A stretch of 64,000 nucleotides of DNA from the NCBI RefSeq assembly GCF_964204645.1, contig NC_134031.1:6386001-6450000 (forward strand), written 5' to 3'. Shown here one piece after another: positions 1-11,687 of the stretch (positions are counted from its first letter, which is position 1; each line of letters starts with the position of its first letter). This stretch comes from Tubulanus polymorphus (taxonomy: Eukaryota; Animalia; Nemertea). The notes beneath the pieces were generated by a model that saw nothing but the letters and a program-made list of their open reading frames with translations, made no database searches and was not told the DNA's origin. A program made the translations under genes and the position numbers.

Positions 1-1
1 C

Positions 2-1513
2 ACTCTACCCGGCTACTCATGGGATGCCTGCTTGAAACTGACAAAAGTCGAACTTCAATTGTTCACTGAAGTCGATATGTATTTGTTCATAGAACAGGGG
101 ATACGCGGCGGAATATCTGTTATTACCCATCGATATTTCGAGGCTAATAACAAGTATTTCGCCGATTACGACGAGGCCAAGGAGTCATCTTATATCATGT
201 ATTTAGATGCTAATAATCTGTATGGGTGGGCAATGTCTCAGGCATTGCCTGTTGGTGAATTTAGGTGGTTAGAAACAGAAAACGATCCCCTTTGGCCCGA
301 CGCTCAGGATATTTTAACGATGACGGACGACGCCCATTTCGGCATGATACTCGAAGTGGACCTTGAATACGGTGCCGAGTTACACGATCTACATAACGAT
401 TTACCGTTAGCTCCGGAGCGCATGTTAGTCAACGAAGATTTAATGTTATCTCCGTATCAAAAGCTTCTATTTCAGACTTTGAAACTATCGTCCAGCAAGA
501 TACACAAGCTTATCCCTAATCTTTACAATAAAACTCGGTATATTGTTCATTATAGGAATTTGAGGCTTTACATGAAACTTGGTATGAAATTAACAAAGAT
601 TCATCGTGTTCTCCATTTTCGACAATCAGCCTGGATGTCACCGTACATTGCTTTGAATACCGAATTCCGAAAAAATGCGAAATCCAATTTTGAGAAAGAT
701 ATGTACAAATTACTGAATAATGCAAGTTTTGGCAAGACAATGGAGAACATTAGGAATCGAATCAACTACCAAATTATTAACGAACCGGGGAAATTGAGAA
801 AAGCTCTAGCGAAGCCATCTACGATTTCATGGAACATTATTTCGGAGAATGTTGTGGGGGTAAAAAAACAGCAGATTTCGATCAAGTTGGATAAGCCTGT
901 GTATCTTGGCTTTTCAATTTTAGACATAAGCAAAACGTTAATGTATGATTTTCATTATAACACCATCAAGGCAGGATACGGGGATAACGCTAAACTTCTT
1001 TTTACAGATACGGATAGTTTAACGTACGCTATTCGCAGCAACGATTTGTACACGGATATGGCGGGGATTTCCGACCAGTTCGACTTTTCAGCCTATCCCA
1101 CCGGCCATCCTTTATTCTCGGACAAAAATAAGAAAGTACTAGGCAAATTTAAGGATGAGACCAATTCTTTTCCCGTTAAAGTGTTCTGCGGTTTACGGAG
1201 TAAGATGTATTCAATGACATATCTTTCTCCGGATAACAACGGAACACTTGTGGAAAAGAAAACTGCAAAAGGTGTTGCGAAGTACGTCGTTAAGCAGTCC
1301 GTATCCCATAATAACTACGTTGATTGCTTGCGTAATCAATCACGTATGATGGCTAACATGCGGTCTATCCGGAGCTTCAATCATAAGTTACATTCAGTTA
1401 ATTTAAATAAAGTCGGATTATCACCATACGACGACAAACGTTATATACTAGATGATGGTGTAAGCACATATGCTTATGGTCATCATAAAATTCCGGAGAT
1501 AAATCATCATTAA
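2..1513 (+). CDS. polB: Protein-primed family B DNA polymerase (pPolB), C-terminal polymerase domain, 5'-partial
   Basis: Motifs YLDANNLYGWAM (A), KLLNNASFGK (B), FTDTDSL (C), SKMY, KTAKGV and C-terminal YDDKRY...YAYGH. The frame is open from base 2 (TLPGYSWDACLK), so the TTG at 32 is not the true start. Confidence 0.95.
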   Translation, partial: TLPGYSWDACLKLTKVELQLFTEVDMYLFIEQGIRGGISVITHRYFEANNKYFADYDEAKESSYIMYLDANNLYGWAMSQALPVGEFRWLETENDPLWPDAQDILTMTDDAHFGMILEVDLEYGAELHDLHNDLPLAPERMLVNEDLMLSPYQKLLFQTLKLSSSKIHKLIPNLYNKTRYIVHYRNLRLYMKLGMKLTKIHRVLHFRQSAWMSPYIALNTEFRKNAKSNFEKDMYKLLNNASFGKTMENIRNRINYQIINEPGKLRKALAKPSTISWNIISENVVGVKKQQISIKLDKPVYLGFSILDISKTLMYDFHYNTIKAGYGDNAKLLFTDTDSLTYAIRSNDLYTDMAGISDQFDFSAYPTGHPLFSDKNKKVLGKFKDETNSFPVKVFCGLRSKMYSMTYLSPDNNGTLVEKKTAKGVAKYVVKQSVSHNNYVDCLRNQSRMMANMRSIRSFNHKLHSVNLNKVGLSPYDDKRYILDDGVSTYAYGHHKIPEINHH

Positions 1514-1963
1514 AAGAACAAGTCGTTATACTTAATATATATTTGCATATCTTTATTTATTCATAGTTATAAACATTGATTTATTTACACTCACTTATAC
1601 ATGCGTTTATGTTTTCAGTTTTACTTTAAACTATTTAACTAATATATATATTTATTTATTTATCTTATCTATTTATTTAAGATTATATGAAAGTTGGTAA
1701 ACCATTGGTTTAATATCGTTATAAGTGTTTTCTATATTTCTTTTTATTTCAGGGATGGGATCTAACTCGTACCCCCTCTAAGCGCACCTTTTCCCGTTTT
1801 TTTTTTTTTCTTCCTTTTCTACTTTTTTATGCCAATTTCCCTATAATTCTTTTTTAAAATAAATAAAGAAAAAACCAGCATTTGATTATTAACATAATTC
1901 ATGACTTTAGTTTTTGATATTTATCTATATATGGATTGAGGATACAGGAGATACATATATTCA

Positions 1964-2814
1964 TTAATCATCGATTTGGAATACAGGATGAGGATTACAG
2001 TAAACACACTGGAGAGCACCCATCTGATTCTGATGATCATCATTGAACATACACGCTTTCATCCCAACGAGTTCAGGTTCCAAATCAACGAAAGAAATAT
2101 TCATCAGTTTCTCCCACTGTTTTTCAGATAGTTCTATCCCGGTTTTCGTATGAACTCGTTGTTCCGTTGCAGCTATATAACAAAAATATCTAATGTCGAT
2201 TATAACCTTATTGAAACGTTTGAACACGGTCACGTATCGGTTCCTACCGACGTGTAATCGAAAATCCTCTATGATATTATTGTTATTGTTGCTTTCATTA
2301 AACGAATTGATGGCGGAATTTATGGAATCTCTATGCCAGTCGAGATTAGCCCATTCTTGCAGGTGTAGGCTAATGCCGCGTTTCGTTGGAAATAATCGAA
2401 GGTCATCACTGAGTTCATAAGTTCGTATGTCAACACGTTTAACATCCTGCCACTCGCTGACACACGCAAACACTAAATTGCCCAGATAATGACGTTTCAC
2501 ATCCGCTTTCGCATAGACGTATTCTTCTTTAGACTCACTCAGTTTTATATCCGTTTGTACACAAGCATTCTCTTTAACAACCGTATCTATGACAAAAGAA
2601 AAGATAATATGGTTACATTACAAGTGAAACAATAAATAACTCAAAGGAGGAGAGGATGTTTTACAAACAAACAAATTAATTACACATACATACCAGGCTT
2701 AGCAGCGTTAATATCTAGCTTTAAATTCTTGAAATTCAGTCTTCGAGGCCTCTTTTTTGGAGCATCAGGTTCAGACATGTTTCGTTTCAACACGGGAGTT
2801 GTGTGCGTATCCAT
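1964..2814 (-). CDS. Spliced gene for a tandem PC4/Sub1-like ssDNA-binding protein (exons 2814-2694 and 2586-1964, ~247 aa)
   Basis: Two PC4-like repeats (VDIRTY..FPTKRGISLHLQEW; IIDIRYF..HTKTGIELSEKQWEKL) and a C-terminal C..H..CxxC tail. ATG at 2814, NLS-like PKKRPRR, and a phase-1 GT..AG intron (2693-2587) that joins the exons in frame. Confidence 0.8.
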
Positions 2815-2826
2815 GATCAACTCAAC

Positions 2827-2928
2827 GAATGAAATCACCTTTGGAGAACACACGTTATATACCCCTCATGACGTCAGATATTTTTCAGAACGAGGATCGT
2901 AATCATCGAAACAATTGATAATTTGCAT
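2827..2928 (-). promoter_or_regulatory. RNA Pol II core promoter of the PC4-like gene (octamer, CRE, TATA, Inr)
   Basis: TATATAA at 2861-2855 lies 31 nt upstream of the A in Inr TCATTC (2830). Perfect CRE TGACGTCA at 2869-2876; octamer ATTTGCAT at 2921-2928. Confidence 0.6.
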
Positions 2929-3039
2929 ATGTTTATATTCATCCAGATCTAACCATATTCAAATGATCTCGTTTATAAATTTCACACACACCAGCTCAAT
3001 AGATTACCATAAAAACCGGTAACTAAATACCTAACTCAA

Positions 3040-3405
3040 TAGTTAACCCACATTAGCTCCATATAACACATAGACATTAGCCCGATAACTAGTTCACATT
3101 AGCTCGGTATTAACATTCATTCACTCACATTAGCTCAATGTTAGCTCAGATTAGCTCAGATGTTAACCGACATTAGCTCAAATTAGCTCAGATGTTAACC
3201 GATATTAGCTCAGATTAGCTCAACAGTTTGCTCAGATTAGCTCAGATGTTAACCAACATTAGCTCAGATTAGCTCAAAAGTTTGCTCAGATGTTAACCGA
3301 CATTAGCTCAGATTAGCTCAAAAGTTAGCTCAGATTAGCTCAAAAGTTAGCTTACATTAGCTCAAAGTTAGCTCACATTAGCACAGTTAGCCCAAAAGTT
3401 AGCTG
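3040..3405. repeat. Subterminal tandem repeats within the Polinton TIR
   Basis: Many TTAGCTCAGA/TTAGCTCACA decamers interleaved with TGTTAACCGACA units. Confidence 0.9.
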
Positions 3406-3855
3406 TGCCAGAACCCCCCTCTGACTATACTACTAACGGGAATGACGGAACAAAGAAAATGAAATTCGTTGTCACAAGCATTGAGGTGATACTGCTGGTG
3501 ACGGCTGATGTCTGTGATTGTCTGTCTGCGAGACTCGGCTCGTTTTAGAAAGTAGATGATGATGGCGTTGGAGATGAGAAGTACCGCGAATGGCGCTGCA
3601 CTGACTATACCTAGATGTATGTTAAACCAATACCGGGTCCAGAAAACCGAATAGACCCCTTCCCGTATGTGGCAGGAAAGAAATCCACAAAAATATGTAA
3701 TTTGATGGCAAATATTAGAACAATGAGTACTACAGAAGCGTAGATCATTCTAGCGCGCATCGGAGCGACGACCGACACGCATCATGATTAATATCATGAA
3801 GGGAAAACCCACAATATATTCAAAACAACTGCTCTGGTTTTTTCCCAGACGTTTC

Positions 3856-3964
3856 CATCCTCCCGTGGCAGGGTTCGAACCTGATGGCATCGCTACACTC
3901 AGCCACGGCACGAACCGTGGCAATCACGATGCCATCAGGTTCGAATCCCTGCCGCGGGAGGATG
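3856..3964. mobile_element. Mutator-like MITE, internally deleted copy (same family as 32294 and 51497)
   Basis: TIR CATCCTCCC..GGCAGGG(A)TTCGAACCTGATGGCATCG; degenerate 9-bp TSD agacgtttc/ggacatttc. Confidence 0.75.
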
Positions 3965-4712
3965 GGACATTTCCGGTGTTCGGGTGGATTACTTCCGCCC
4001 ATCTTCAGAGTTTATTTCAAATTTCAAATAAACTCTGAACATGCGGTAGCAAGTATTCAACCGGAAACGTTAGAAAAGAAAACAAGAGCTGTGGGTTTTT
4101 TCTCTTCATGACCGCTCCGTGTGTGTTTAATCTTAGTCGTTTATCACTTATTTCTCCTTTCTCTCAATTTTGGTCTTTTGTCATTGTTATAAACGACAGC
4201 ACCGTTCAATCATGATAAGATTACCTTTTATTTCTTGTTCATATTTGTTTCGGAGATTCGTCAACGGGGAATAACTATAATAATGGGCAGTGATTTAGTG
4301 ATGTATGAAAGCAACTTTTCACAAATCAAACTTATTCGTGTATTTAGAATTCGCGCGTTGGTTCGGGATAAAAGCGATTTGACGACGAATCAATTCGTAA
4401 CACAAATTGTAGAACCACTGAGTGGGCAAACATCGAAATGCATCATCAAACAGGACAGTTGTTGCTTTATTCATCGAATGAAAGCCCATCTGAAAAATCA
4501 TTTTCAACCGCGTTTTTATAATCGGGAAGTCCGGCGCGTCAGTGTTGTCAGTTGTCGATGAGCCCACAACTGAAACGCGCGTATCTTCGGAACGAGGACC
4601 ATAACGGAACAACCAGGAAAAGTGCAGACTTTGATACTAATACCATCGACTAAACATTCATTGAGAATTGAACTACACATTACAGTCAGACTTTGACGGG
4701 GCAATACTCGAA

Positions 4713-5649
4713 ATGAACAATTCAACCGAAGAAATAGGAGTGATGCTCGTAGTTTACGGAGCGCCGTTTGTGCTATTATTCGGAATAGTTGGAAATACGT
4801 TGATAATCGTAACATTCAGTGGTAAACGACTTCGTTATAAAAGCTACGCTTGGTTGTTCATTTGTTTATCAGTTTCAGACTCAGGATTTTTGGCTACCAG
4901 TCTGGTGAGGCGATGGGCCTTCTTCTATTATCGTTTGGAATACGATTTTTGCGTGGTGCACGTCTATCTCACTTATTTATTCTTGCACGCTTCGCCTTGG
5001 ATGTTGGTTTTGATCACGATCGAAAGATGCGTATCGGTCGTCGCTCCGATGCGCGCTAGCCGAAAGCGAATGATTTACGCTTCTTTAGCGGTCATTTTTA
5101 TAGTACTTGCCATCAACTCGCATATGTTTTATGGAATACGGATTGGAAATGGTGTCCCGCGGTGGGCTCTGTCACGAACGTGACGGAGTCTAGTCAGTTT
5201 TCTGGAACTGGTATTGGTTGCCCATAGACTTAGTTATAGCCAGCGCAGCGCCATTCGCGGTACTTCTCGTCTGTAACGTTGTCATCATTTACTTTCTAAA
5301 ACGAGCCGAGTCTCGTAGACAAACTCAGACATCAGCCGTCAACAACACCTCGAAAAACCAACACCATCACCTTAATGTCGCGACGAATTTCATATTCGTC
5401 GTGACGTCATTTCCGTTCAGCGTGGTCCTACAACTAGACCTTAATCAGGTTTCGATTCTGGCCCACGCAATCTTAGCAATGTTGATGTACCTGAATTATG
5501 CCATTAATTTCTGGCTGTACTGTTTCACCGGAAGGAAGTTCAGAGAGGAATTGATGATTTTATGCGGCTTTTGCAGTCGAAAGAATCGGGGGCCCACCGC
5601 GTACAGTACTACGAGTCTAGAACTAGGAGAATCCTCCGTACGATTTTAG
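4713..5649 (+). pseudogene. Class A GPCR pseudogene, subfamily A (paralog of 6522-7496)
   Basis: MNNST start, GIVGN, ERC motif. Frameshift/stops at ~5150-5215 and deletions relative to the paralog; ends NFWLY...GESSVRF. Confidence 0.85.
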
Positions 5650-5784
5650 AAAAACATCACTTCACCACATGATTAATGTCTTATTTTTGGCCATACTACA
5701 TCGAAGTCGGATATATTTGCATACGTAGATATACACAAATACATATCTTATCTTATATCTCGGCTCTTCGGAGAATGAACATCA

Positions 5785-5915
5785 GGGCCCGGTTTCACGA
5801 AACAGTTTAAGCCTAAAACAGTTATGTTTTAATTGTTGTCCTCATTGAAAACATGAAGTAACCAATGGCAATTACACCAAAAATTTGAGTTGAACTTGTT
5901 TGTGAAACTGGGCCC
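5785..5915. mobile_element. PIF/Harbinger-like MITE
   Basis: TIR GGGCCCGGTTTCACGAAAC / GTTTGTGAAACTGGGCCC with CAG flanks; related copies at 43036-43408 and 50315-50423. Confidence 0.65.
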
Positions 5916-6521
5916 AGGGATGATTTGTGAAAACAGTTCGTTTTCCTGGCCCGAACACATACTAGGGGGGGGGGGGATGCTTGGAGAAAAAGGGAAATAT
6001 CACCAAAACAAAAAGTCACCTAAGATTGTGACATGGTGGTGGCCGGATTGGGCGATCGCCACGGGAGCGAAGCACGATGAAGGGGGTCGGGAAGTTGTAA
6101 TATTTTGATTGTTTTTAGACCGATTTCCTGCAATCTGGACCAAAAAAATTGGCCTTTAGCCCCTGTGTATGGGTCTGGTCAAACCGGAGAGTATTAGAAA
6201 TGATGCTTTTTATTCTAGGATCAATACACGTTGGTTGATTAAAACAATTTTACGACCAATCAATCATTTGCATTGTGGTCACATTAACGATAACAAAGGC
6301 AAAACCTTAAAGATTCATTATCAAATGGACGACTGGGAATACAATGTCATCACGACGCCATCAACTAAAGACAATAAAGTTATTATTTCAGTAAAAATGT
6401 TAAACGGGATTGTCACGTCGACAGACGAGTCTGTGAGTTCACAACAAGCAGAAGCTTTGAGAGTGAATAACGTGCAGTAGTAAAATCCCACGTTGGCACG
6501 AATATCAACCGCTTAAGGATA

Positions 6522-7496
6522 ATGTACGAATTAACTGCAGCCGGTGAGTTTGGGAGGACGGTCGTAGTTTATGGAGCACCGTTTGTGTTGTTATTCGGAA
6601 TAGTTGAAAATACTTTGATTATCGTAACATTCAGCTGTAAGCGTCTTCGTTATAAGAGCTACGCTTGGTTGTTCATCTGTTTATCAGTTTCAGACTCCGG
6701 ACTTTTAGCAACTCGTCTGGTTGGTCGATGGACCTATTTCTATTACCGTTTTGAATACGATTTCCGCGGTGAAAACTCTGTATTGTGCGTGGCGTCTCCA
6801 TTTCTTGGTCATTTCTTCGCGCACGCTTCGCCTTGGATGTTGGTTTTGATCACGATCGAAAGATGCGTATCGGTCGTCGCTCCGATGCGCGCTAAAATAA
6901 TCTGTTCCCGTAAACGAATGAACTCCGCTTCTTCAGTTGTTATTTGTCTAATATTTGCCATCAACTCGCATATGTTTTATGGAATACGTATCGCTCAAAG
7001 CGGCCACTGCCGCGAACGTGAGGGGGTCTATTCAGTTTTCTGGACCCGGTATTGGTTGCACATAGATCTAGTTATAGCCAGTGCAGCGCCATTCGCGGTA
7101 CTTCTCATCTGTAACGCCATCATCATCTACTTTCTGAAACGAGCCGAGTCTCGCAGACAAATCGAAACATCAACCGTCAACAACCCCTCGAAAAAACCGG
7201 TCACCAACAGCATCACCTTAATGCTTGTGACGACAAATTTCACTTTTCTCGTGACGTCATTCCCATTTACCGTTTGCCTACAACTAAGCGGTGAGATTTC
7301 GACACTGGCCCACGCTATTTCAGCAATGTTGATGTACGTGAATTATGCCATTAGTTTCTGGCTGTACTGTTTCACCGGACGAAAGTTCCGAAAAGAGTTG
7401 GTCGTTTTATGCGGCTGTTGTCACCGAAAAGATCGGATGCCCACTGCTTACAATGTTACACGACCAGAACTAGGAGAATCAAACGTACGATTTTAA
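6522..7496 (+). CDS. Intronless class A GPCR, FMRFamide-receptor-like, subfamily A
   Basis: 324 aa, 7 hydrophobic segments, LSVSD (TM2), ITIERC (TM3), ECL1/ECL2 Cys, FWLYCFTGRKFR (TM7/H8). Confidence 0.9.
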   Translation: MYELTAAGEFGRTVVVYGAPFVLLFGIVENTLIIVTFSCKRLRYKSYAWLFICLSVSDSGLLATRLVGRWTYFYYRFEYDFRGENSVLCVASPFLGHFFAHASPWMLVLITIERCVSVVAPMRAKIICSRKRMNSASSVVICLIFAINSHMFYGIRIAQSGHCREREGVYSVFWTRYWLHIDLVIASAAPFAVLLICNAIIIYFLKRAESRRQIETSTVNNPSKKPVTNSITLMLVTTNFTFLVTSFPFTVCLQLSGEISTLAHAISAMLMYVNYAISFWLYCFTGRKFRKELVVLCGCCHRKDRMPTAYNVTRPELGESNVRF

Positions 7497-8288
7497 CATC
7501 ATCTAGAAATAAAAAACACTTGATTAAACATCTAATTTTTCGTGAACTTTTTTAACCACTAGCTCGAATATACTCATTGGGATATAAAAGCATTTCACTC
7601 AACTATCGGAACCGATAAATCGTCAGCTTTCATTCGATTCAAAAATAAGCCATCTGAAGATAGCGAACACGATTAATCTACTGGAGGTAAAACGATATAC
7701 AAATGGGGAAGACATCCATATTCACAAACAGTCTGGTTTGGTTTAGCTGTAATGTTAAAATGAAACTAACATTCGAAGATCAAATCATCATCGAATCATG
7801 TGTCAACGTTGTGAATAAATACAGCAACACCATATTGAGAGATATGTTTATGTCTTTTTTTTTTGCTTGGCATTGAAAAGGTCGGCGAGCCGTTACGTTT
7901 TACTACACTTCTGGCTAATGACCAAATTGACTGATTTTTGAGAACCGTAATGGGGCTTACAAGTTAGTTACTGGACCGTTGTGGCCCACCATTCTGAAAG
8001 AAACATTTTACTTTGTTGAATAAGATTGTTTGGCACGTACGTAATAATTTGCACATCACAACACTTCATTTCACGTGGAGAGCTCACTATGTCAGACGGG
8101 TTTTGGAGTGATTATTTAAATGGTACAGTAATCGTGACATTAGACTCTTTGGTGCTAGCCTAGTATATATGACTTATTTCAGCTTACGCATCAATAAATT
8201 TCTTAATTCCCCAATTTACTCATGCTACACATTGAACTATTGCTGTATATCGGACTTGGGCCGGTCGTTTTATACTCCACGGTTTACT

Positions 8289-9476
8289 TTATTGACTCGA
8301 AATTGTTCCATCACAGTTATACCGACAACTGCTGACAAGTTTGCGTCGGAACACTCTCAGCGTCGTTGCATATATAAAGAAATTCATGCAGAATACGAAA
8401 TGACGAGGAATCATCAATGTTTTGGATAGAAATGGCCACAGCATTGTTGTATAGAAGTGAATGATGGGGGTTTTACTTTCGTGAATTTCTAAATTGTTAA
8501 TTCGATGCACTAACAAGAAAATCAAACTTCCCAAATTATTCCAACATTCGCAAAAAGCGTATGGCATCACGAGTACCAGATAGACAATAACTATCAGAAG
8601 TAGAGTTTTACTGGCCTCGGTTTTATGGCGACTATTGCGAACCGAAACATCAATACGTGTTTTACCGCGGCGAATTTTAGCAGTTGCCACTGATGCTACA
8701 ACTACAACTAAAGCCGGGACTATATCCCGAACAAATACTGCAACAGATCTATACGTATGAAAAATAGCACGAGCTCCACGAAAACCTCTACAATAAAAGA
8801 ACGGATACGTTTGGTTGGTGATGCTATGTTGTCCAATAAGTATCTTACGAATTGGCAAATCCCAGTTAACAGTCATTGCAAACATAACAGCAATAACGAT
8901 GACGCATCTACGTCGAGAAAGTGTGAAATGTTTTATGTGATAAAAAGGAAAACGAACGGAGACAAATCTTTCGATAGAAATCACAACAACGATATAATTA
9001 GACACAGTAATGGCTTGATCTTTAAACAAATTTTCCAAGAAACAAATCGGAATTGTTCGTTCTAACAAACTATGGAAATAGTACCAATAATAGTAAATTG
9101 ACGGACACACTTTATCCCCTTTACCCACGAAGGCGATCCAACCTTTACATTGAGGATATGATCCTAGTTCATAGATGACGTAGGTCATCATGGTGTTGGC
9201 GAATTTTCTCAAACTGAACATTACAACAAGTTGATCTGAAAACGCGAGAGTTATGAGATACGGGAACGTGTAACGAACTGACTGATATCTGCGACACCGG
9301 ATAAGTAGATAGATGGTAAGAAAGTTCAAAACGCTTCCAATCGGATACATGAACAATTCTTCGGTGAACTGAAAGCGTCTATAAACTTTGTAATTTCGAA
9401 TGAATTGAGAAAAGGCCCAGATAAACGGTAGCGGTGGTATGAATATTCCAGGAGGTCTGGATGTAAGGTTTCTCAT
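8289..9476 (-). CDS. Intronless class A GPCR, subfamily B (long Cys-rich ECL1)
   Basis: ATG at 9476 (MRNLTS sequon), LAFSD, ISIERF, LVMP, MNFFIY; paralog of 30554-31723. Confidence 0.88.
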   Translation of the reverse strand: MRNLTSRPPGIFIPPLPFIWAFSQFIRNYKVYRRFQFTEELFMYPIGSVLNFLTIYLLIRCRRYQSVRYTFPYLITLAFSDQLVVMFSLRKFANTMMTYVIYELGSYPQCKGWIAFVGKGDKVCPSIYYYWYYFHSLLERTIPICFLENLFKDQAITVSNYIVVVISIERFVSVRFPFYHIKHFTLSRRRCVIVIAVMFAMTVNWDLPIRKILIGQHSITNQTYPFFYCRGFRGARAIFHTYRSVAVFVRDIVPALVVVVASVATAKIRRGKTRIDVSVRNSRHKTEASKTLLLIVIVYLVLVMPYAFCECWNNLGSLIFLLVHRINNLEIHESKTPIIHFYTTMLWPFLSKTLMIPRHFVFCMNFFIYATTLRVFRRKLVSSCRYNCDGTISSQ

Positions 9477-10249
9477 CTTCACTCACGGGTACACGTATAT
9501 ATTCCAAAATGTTCGTACAACCGATTTGACTGAAGGCTTTCTACAATATAATGACAGTGCAGGTCGACAGGTCTTCTCGATGCACGCTCATATAAATACC
9601 AGGTCCGAATGCAGTATGAAATATGATACTTTTAATCATGCATTATTTTTGTAGCTAAGAAAACTAGAAATATCGACCAAGCTAACGTTGCATTCCAACA
9701 ATTACTTATTTCATTCGATTTTATCATGATATTATCAAAATATAACGAATCGTTTTCAACGGATCATACTCGAAACAAACCTAACAAAGAATAGGTACGT
9801 CTAGTAACTGTGAAACGTTTCGTGTGCAAAAACTGAACAATAGACGAGACTAGACTTAGAGATAGAGATAGAAATCACAAAAACTATTCAAACAATGTAA
9901 TTTTCATCCATTAATGATTATAGAAATCTACATCATATATAAATACAGAATGTCTTATACATAATAGACTAAGCTTATAACGGGTAATTGAATTATTCAG
10001 AGAATGGTCTTCTTATTTAATTAAAAAGAGCACTTTAAAAGGCATTAAGATGAATAAATTATTTGTTTTGTTCATCGTATCAGTTCACAGAAGTAGAAAG
10101 ATACACACAGATTCGGAAAGAAATTGAAAGAAAAAACAAAAATATTACAAAAAATTACAATGATTACAAAAAAAACCCAAAAACCAGATACCATAATCAC
10201 ACAATCAATACAAAAAGACAAACAATTTTACCTTAACACTCTTATCAGA

Positions 10250-10795
10250 CATAAATATTCTATGACCATCAATGTTACAGTCGTTCGATTCATATCTTAC
10301 ATAGGTCGAGGAAATCTCGAATACGTGTAGCAGATTGTGATACATTATAATTCCATCATTAGAAGTAAGGAAGGATACAGTATATCATTTCTATTCAGGT
10401 TAAATTCATAACAGAGTTATTTGCGTCAGAGTATTTCCTGTCGGGGAATTACTGCCGGAAATTAGAACTTTACTGAGGGTTTGAAGGACAATATTATTGC
10501 TGTCACACACAAGGGCTTACAAAAATCTATTGTGTAGCTGTAGTCGAATTGGGAGATCATCACAAATACCGTGCAAACAATTATAGTGAGTGCGATAGGG
10601 CAAGTTACCAGTTTGCGAGTTAAACTCTTCGAGGGACTTAAAATAACAACATCATCCGCATATGCAAACGTACTCATAGATAAACCAACGATCTTACAAT
10701 CAAAAACAGACCAGATTTAGACAGTTGATGAATAATTCGTCAATATAGATTTAAAATAACAAGGATGCGAAATAGCCCCTTGTTTAACGCCGTGG
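10250..10795 (-). mobile_element. Degenerate non-LTR retrotransposon fragment (reverse transcriptase)
   Basis: GVKQG (near 10790) and FAYADDVVILSPS RT motifs, interrupted by stops and deletions. Confidence 0.7.
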
Positions 10796-10922
10796 CTATT
10801 ACCCTCAAGCCTATCTCTTATTCATTTTTCCTGGAACTATGAATTTTCTTTGAATTCCTCAATGACCGTGGCCTTGTAATATTTTGACCAAAGATATATC
10901 ACTACCTAGTCGTTTTACGAGC

Positions 10923-11253
10923 CAATGGGGAACCCGCCAAATCAGTTATTCCACCAGATGGCGTGACGAACAGTAGGTCGTCCATTAGTCTCAAAATTAG
11001 TTAATTTATCAATGAACTTTGAACGGAATTTCTAGACTCCCGAATCCATATGATAACACCCAGGACGTACCCAATATAAGATGAATTCACTTTTCTATTC
11101 AGATATCGGTATGAATGATTGATTCATTTAAGCGATAGGTTCACTCGCAATCAGAAGAATTCGAATGCGGAATACCAACTACCTACTAGCAAACCTCGTA
11201 GATCCTCGCCTGCCATAAGTGGAATCGCCACAGAAGCACGGAAATCCCATTGA
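10923..11253. mobile_element. MITE with CAATGGG termini (family also at 58627-58969, 59864-60195; partial at 50835-51020)
   Basis: CAATGGG...CCCATTG ends and shared internal sequence (in opposite orientation) with the intronic copies. Confidence 0.55.
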
Positions 11254-11687
11254 TTGCCCATGCTTATAGCCAGGAATTCATTGAGATACAAATTCTGACT
11301 ACAAAAACGAATTGAATTTGTGCAAACATTTCCCAAACCCTTTCAGATGCTTAACGTTTACCATTGGTTTTTGATTCATTTACATCTATGTTTGACAAAT
11401 AAATTCGCTCTCGTTAAAACTAAGTAGGTTGTGTCAGATTTCTAAGAACTAGAGTTTCATTTGATGCGAACAATATTGTAAGCGTCAAAACATACTCTAA
11501 TTTGCATCAGTCCAATTCAGTGAGACAGCCAGCTTACACTTCAATACATGTAGTTAATCATCACGCATCATGAATTCAACTCACATTCAAATTGGCCGCA
11601 CACATCCAGCCTTTACACCAAACTCATGATTCCCGTGAACCGATCTGCAATCGACGACACCGTGTCAACAGTTGATTATCGTGAATC

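Larger units (their letters stand above)
1..3434. mobile_element. Polinton/Maverick (adintovirus-like) element, right-hand end; rest lies upstream of the window
   Basis: Protein-primed PolB ORF, PC4-like gene, subterminal tandem repeats at 3040-3405, and terminus ...CTGACTATACTACT ending at 3434. Its reverse complement begins AGTAGT, the typical Polinton TIR start. Confidence 0.85.

Noticed and set aside
3601-3610. Second CTGACTATAC resembling the Polinton terminus
   Set aside because: Only 10 bp, lacking the terminal TACT and the repeat array; chance cannot be excluded.
3856-3964. tRNA gene suggested by GGTTCGAATCCC
   Set aside because: No cloverleaf; the motif is part of an inverted-repeat MITE with a TSD.
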